From the NCBI RefSeq assembly GCF_018977255.1, contig NW_024704742.1, positions 81,842,001-81,906,000 of the forward strand: 64,000 nucleotides of DNA. Reading direction: 5' to 3'. How positions within the stretch are numbered: position 1 is the stretch's first letter; the number at the start of each line of letters is the position of its first letter. The notes under the pieces are model-generated. The model saw only the letters and a list, made by a program, of their open reading frames with translations, did not search any database and was not told where the DNA came from. The translations under genes were made by a program, and so were the position numbers. Shown one piece after another: positions 62,011 through 64,000 of the stretch. This DNA is from Callorhinchus milii. Taxonomy: Eukaryota.

Positions 62011-62979
62011 CCAAACCAATCAGTAAAGGTTTTAACCACACAATTTGACCACATTTTTTTCTCCAGGTAATAATTATTACATCTCATTCTGCACTTCTCT
62101 TCCCGCTCTCCACAATATTTTTAATCAATTGAAATTATTCTCCTCACAAGATACAACCTTTCAATTAAAACAAATTTCTTGGATCGTGCACAAAGCAATT
62201 CTGAAGCTAAAAGTCCAGACTGGAAATAATGCCCAAAAATATAATTATCAACATGTGAAGTTCTAAATGAGAAATGCCATTATCACATAAGACCTATGTA
62301 AACCCCAGTAAGAAATGTTGAAACATTATTCAGCATCGGAAAACACGTCAAATGTTAGTGGCAAAGGACTGCTTACAGCAAGACAAGCAAAGAAACCAGC
62401 TGTTGTAAAGGTTCAGTTAGGATTGTACAACACACAAACTAATAATGATCAAGGAGAGATTAAAGCGGTAAAAGGCAATAATGCATAATAACCTCTGGAG
62501 AGAACTGAAATACTCACCGCAGAAATTTATGAGACTAAATCCTGTAATTAACAGAAGCAAAACAAGAGGACACAAGTTAATGGGAAAACTAATTAAGTAA
62601 AGTAATCAGGTAGAAAGAAGTTTTCAGCACTTCTAATCCCAGCTGCTTGCCAAAGATAAAAACCCAGCAGAGGGAGATGCCAAACTCCACATCAAATAGA
62701 AAGCCATAAAAGAAATTACAATTGAAACCATTCATATTTTAAAAACTTCTTTTAAAAAAGTTTTGGTGCTGATTTGGGAGTATGCTAAGACAGGTAAAAT
62801 GAACTGAAAGGATAATAATGAATTCTTATCCTTGTAGTTGGTATACACCTTTCACATCTCAAAGGCCTTTACAGGATTTACTGAAAAGTGTAGTGACTGT
62901 GTTCTTTGTAGGTGATTTTGTAAGATGAAGTCAAATGGGCTGAAGAGCCTCCTTCATCTGAACCTCTCTTGTGATCCCA

Positions 62980-63216
62980 TAACACTATTCTAGAAGAGAG
63001 TTTATGCTGGTGTCTTGATCAACAATCCACCAAAATAAAAAAATTGCTTATTCATTTCATGGCTTTTCATGGGGCATTGCTGGGTGCAAATTGGTCACTG
63101 TGTTCACTTACAAATGACAGTCACTGTACATTACACTGTAATCCTGTGAAGCGCTTTGAGACACCCTCCAGAGATGAAAGTCGCTATGCCAAATGTAGTG
63201 ATGATTATTATTATTT
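62980..63216 (+). mobile_element. DeuSINE 3' part
   Basis: Deu 3' block, GTGAAGCGCTTTGAGAC and (TTA)n. Confidence 0.75.
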
Positions 63217-63714
63217 ATCTTGTGAATTGTGCAAGGAGATGGCAGAGTGGTGGGGACATGACTTTGCTCCTTGGCACTTCTACAGCTTTTACCACTTTGA
63301 TTTATTTAGTTTATTTCAAATTTTCTTCTTGGGTAAAACTTCCCTTTCAGATGTTCATAAAATATTTCAAAGAGGTAATAAAGGGCAATGATGAAAAAAT
63401 ATATGATTATTTCTGTAACAAAAAATCACATCAGAAGGCAGATATTCATAAATAGAAATTTACATGAATCCACTTGAAAAATTAATGAGTTGCTCAGTGA
63501 AAAATATACACACAGAAAGCTGAGTTTACAATATCAGCTATCCCTTACTGATATCTGTAAGTATCTTAATATAGTTACAAGGAACAGCAATTAGAGCAGG
63601 AGCTGACAGGACTTGAGTAACTACACATCAAATTAATTAAAGTCTGATTAATGCCATCGTTTCTTTCATGTCATACAGAAAAATCAATTTACATCATTTT
63701 ACAGTGAGCATTTA

Positions 63715-63895
63715 ATGTCTGGAACAGCCCCCTGCCTCGCCCCTTCTCTTTCTACCTTTAAATCCCGCTTTAAGATCTTTCTTTTGAAATGTATTTTCAG
63801 TCACCTGCCCATTCCTGTTCCCACTTGGCTCTCTGAAACACTTTGAGACGTCTTCACGATGTGAAGGATGCTATATAAATGTAAAATTGTTGTTA
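63715..63895 (+). mobile_element. L2 3' fragment
   Basis: CTGGAACAGCCCCC...CACTTTGAGACGTC...GCTATATAAATGTAAAATTGTTGTT. Confidence 0.65.
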
Positions 63896-64000
63896 GTTAC
63901 CAGAAAGGATGGTTGAGGCCAGGATGCGGGACTTGCTTAAGAAATATCCAAATTAATTGATAATAATCCTTACATTTGCTTTACTGCATTTCAATTTGGA

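Noticed and set aside
1..64000. ORFs in the supplied track as host genes
   Set aside because: All ORFs with recognisable motifs are frameshifted L2, CR1 or RTE-like pieces or SINE read-throughs. The rest are short and lack domains I recognise.
1..64000. CRISPR arrays, operons or other prokaryotic systems
   Set aside because: No regularly spaced repeat-spacer array or gene-dense region; the recurring motifs are dispersed SINE/LINE tails in vertebrate DNA.

Overview
Vertebrate non-coding DNA, almost certainly from a cartilaginous fish. The repeat content (tRNA-headed DeuSINEs, C-rich L2 LINEs, shark-type CR1 tails, a shark-type Penelope terminal repeat) fits a chimaera such as Callorhinchus milii; this is inference from recalled consensus sequences, not a search. 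The window starts at an EcoRI site (GAATTC), consistent with a clone end. I recognise no host protein-coding gene, and every ORF with a recognisable motif is a decayed retrotransposon fragment. The window looks like a gene desert or large intron. It holds decayed L2, CR1 and RTE/RTEX-like LINEs, two SINE families sharing the L2 3' tail, probable MITEs and one candidate LTR, separated by AT-rich unique blocks resembling conserved non-coding elements. The most notable items are: (1) an inverted Penelope-like terminal repeat pair with two differently broken minimal hammerhead ribozymes (49.9-50.5 kb); (2) a six-copy RTE/RTEX-like LINE family with an unusual RT signature and a hairpin-rich 3' UTR; (3) fossil retrotransposition structures (snap-back, twin-priming-like inversion, fold-back palindrome, and nested insertions clustered in one stretch of the Deu domain). 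I cannot support a wholly new biological system from the sequence alone. Repeat boundaries were read by eye and are approximate (about +/-20 nt) unless exact motifs are quoted.
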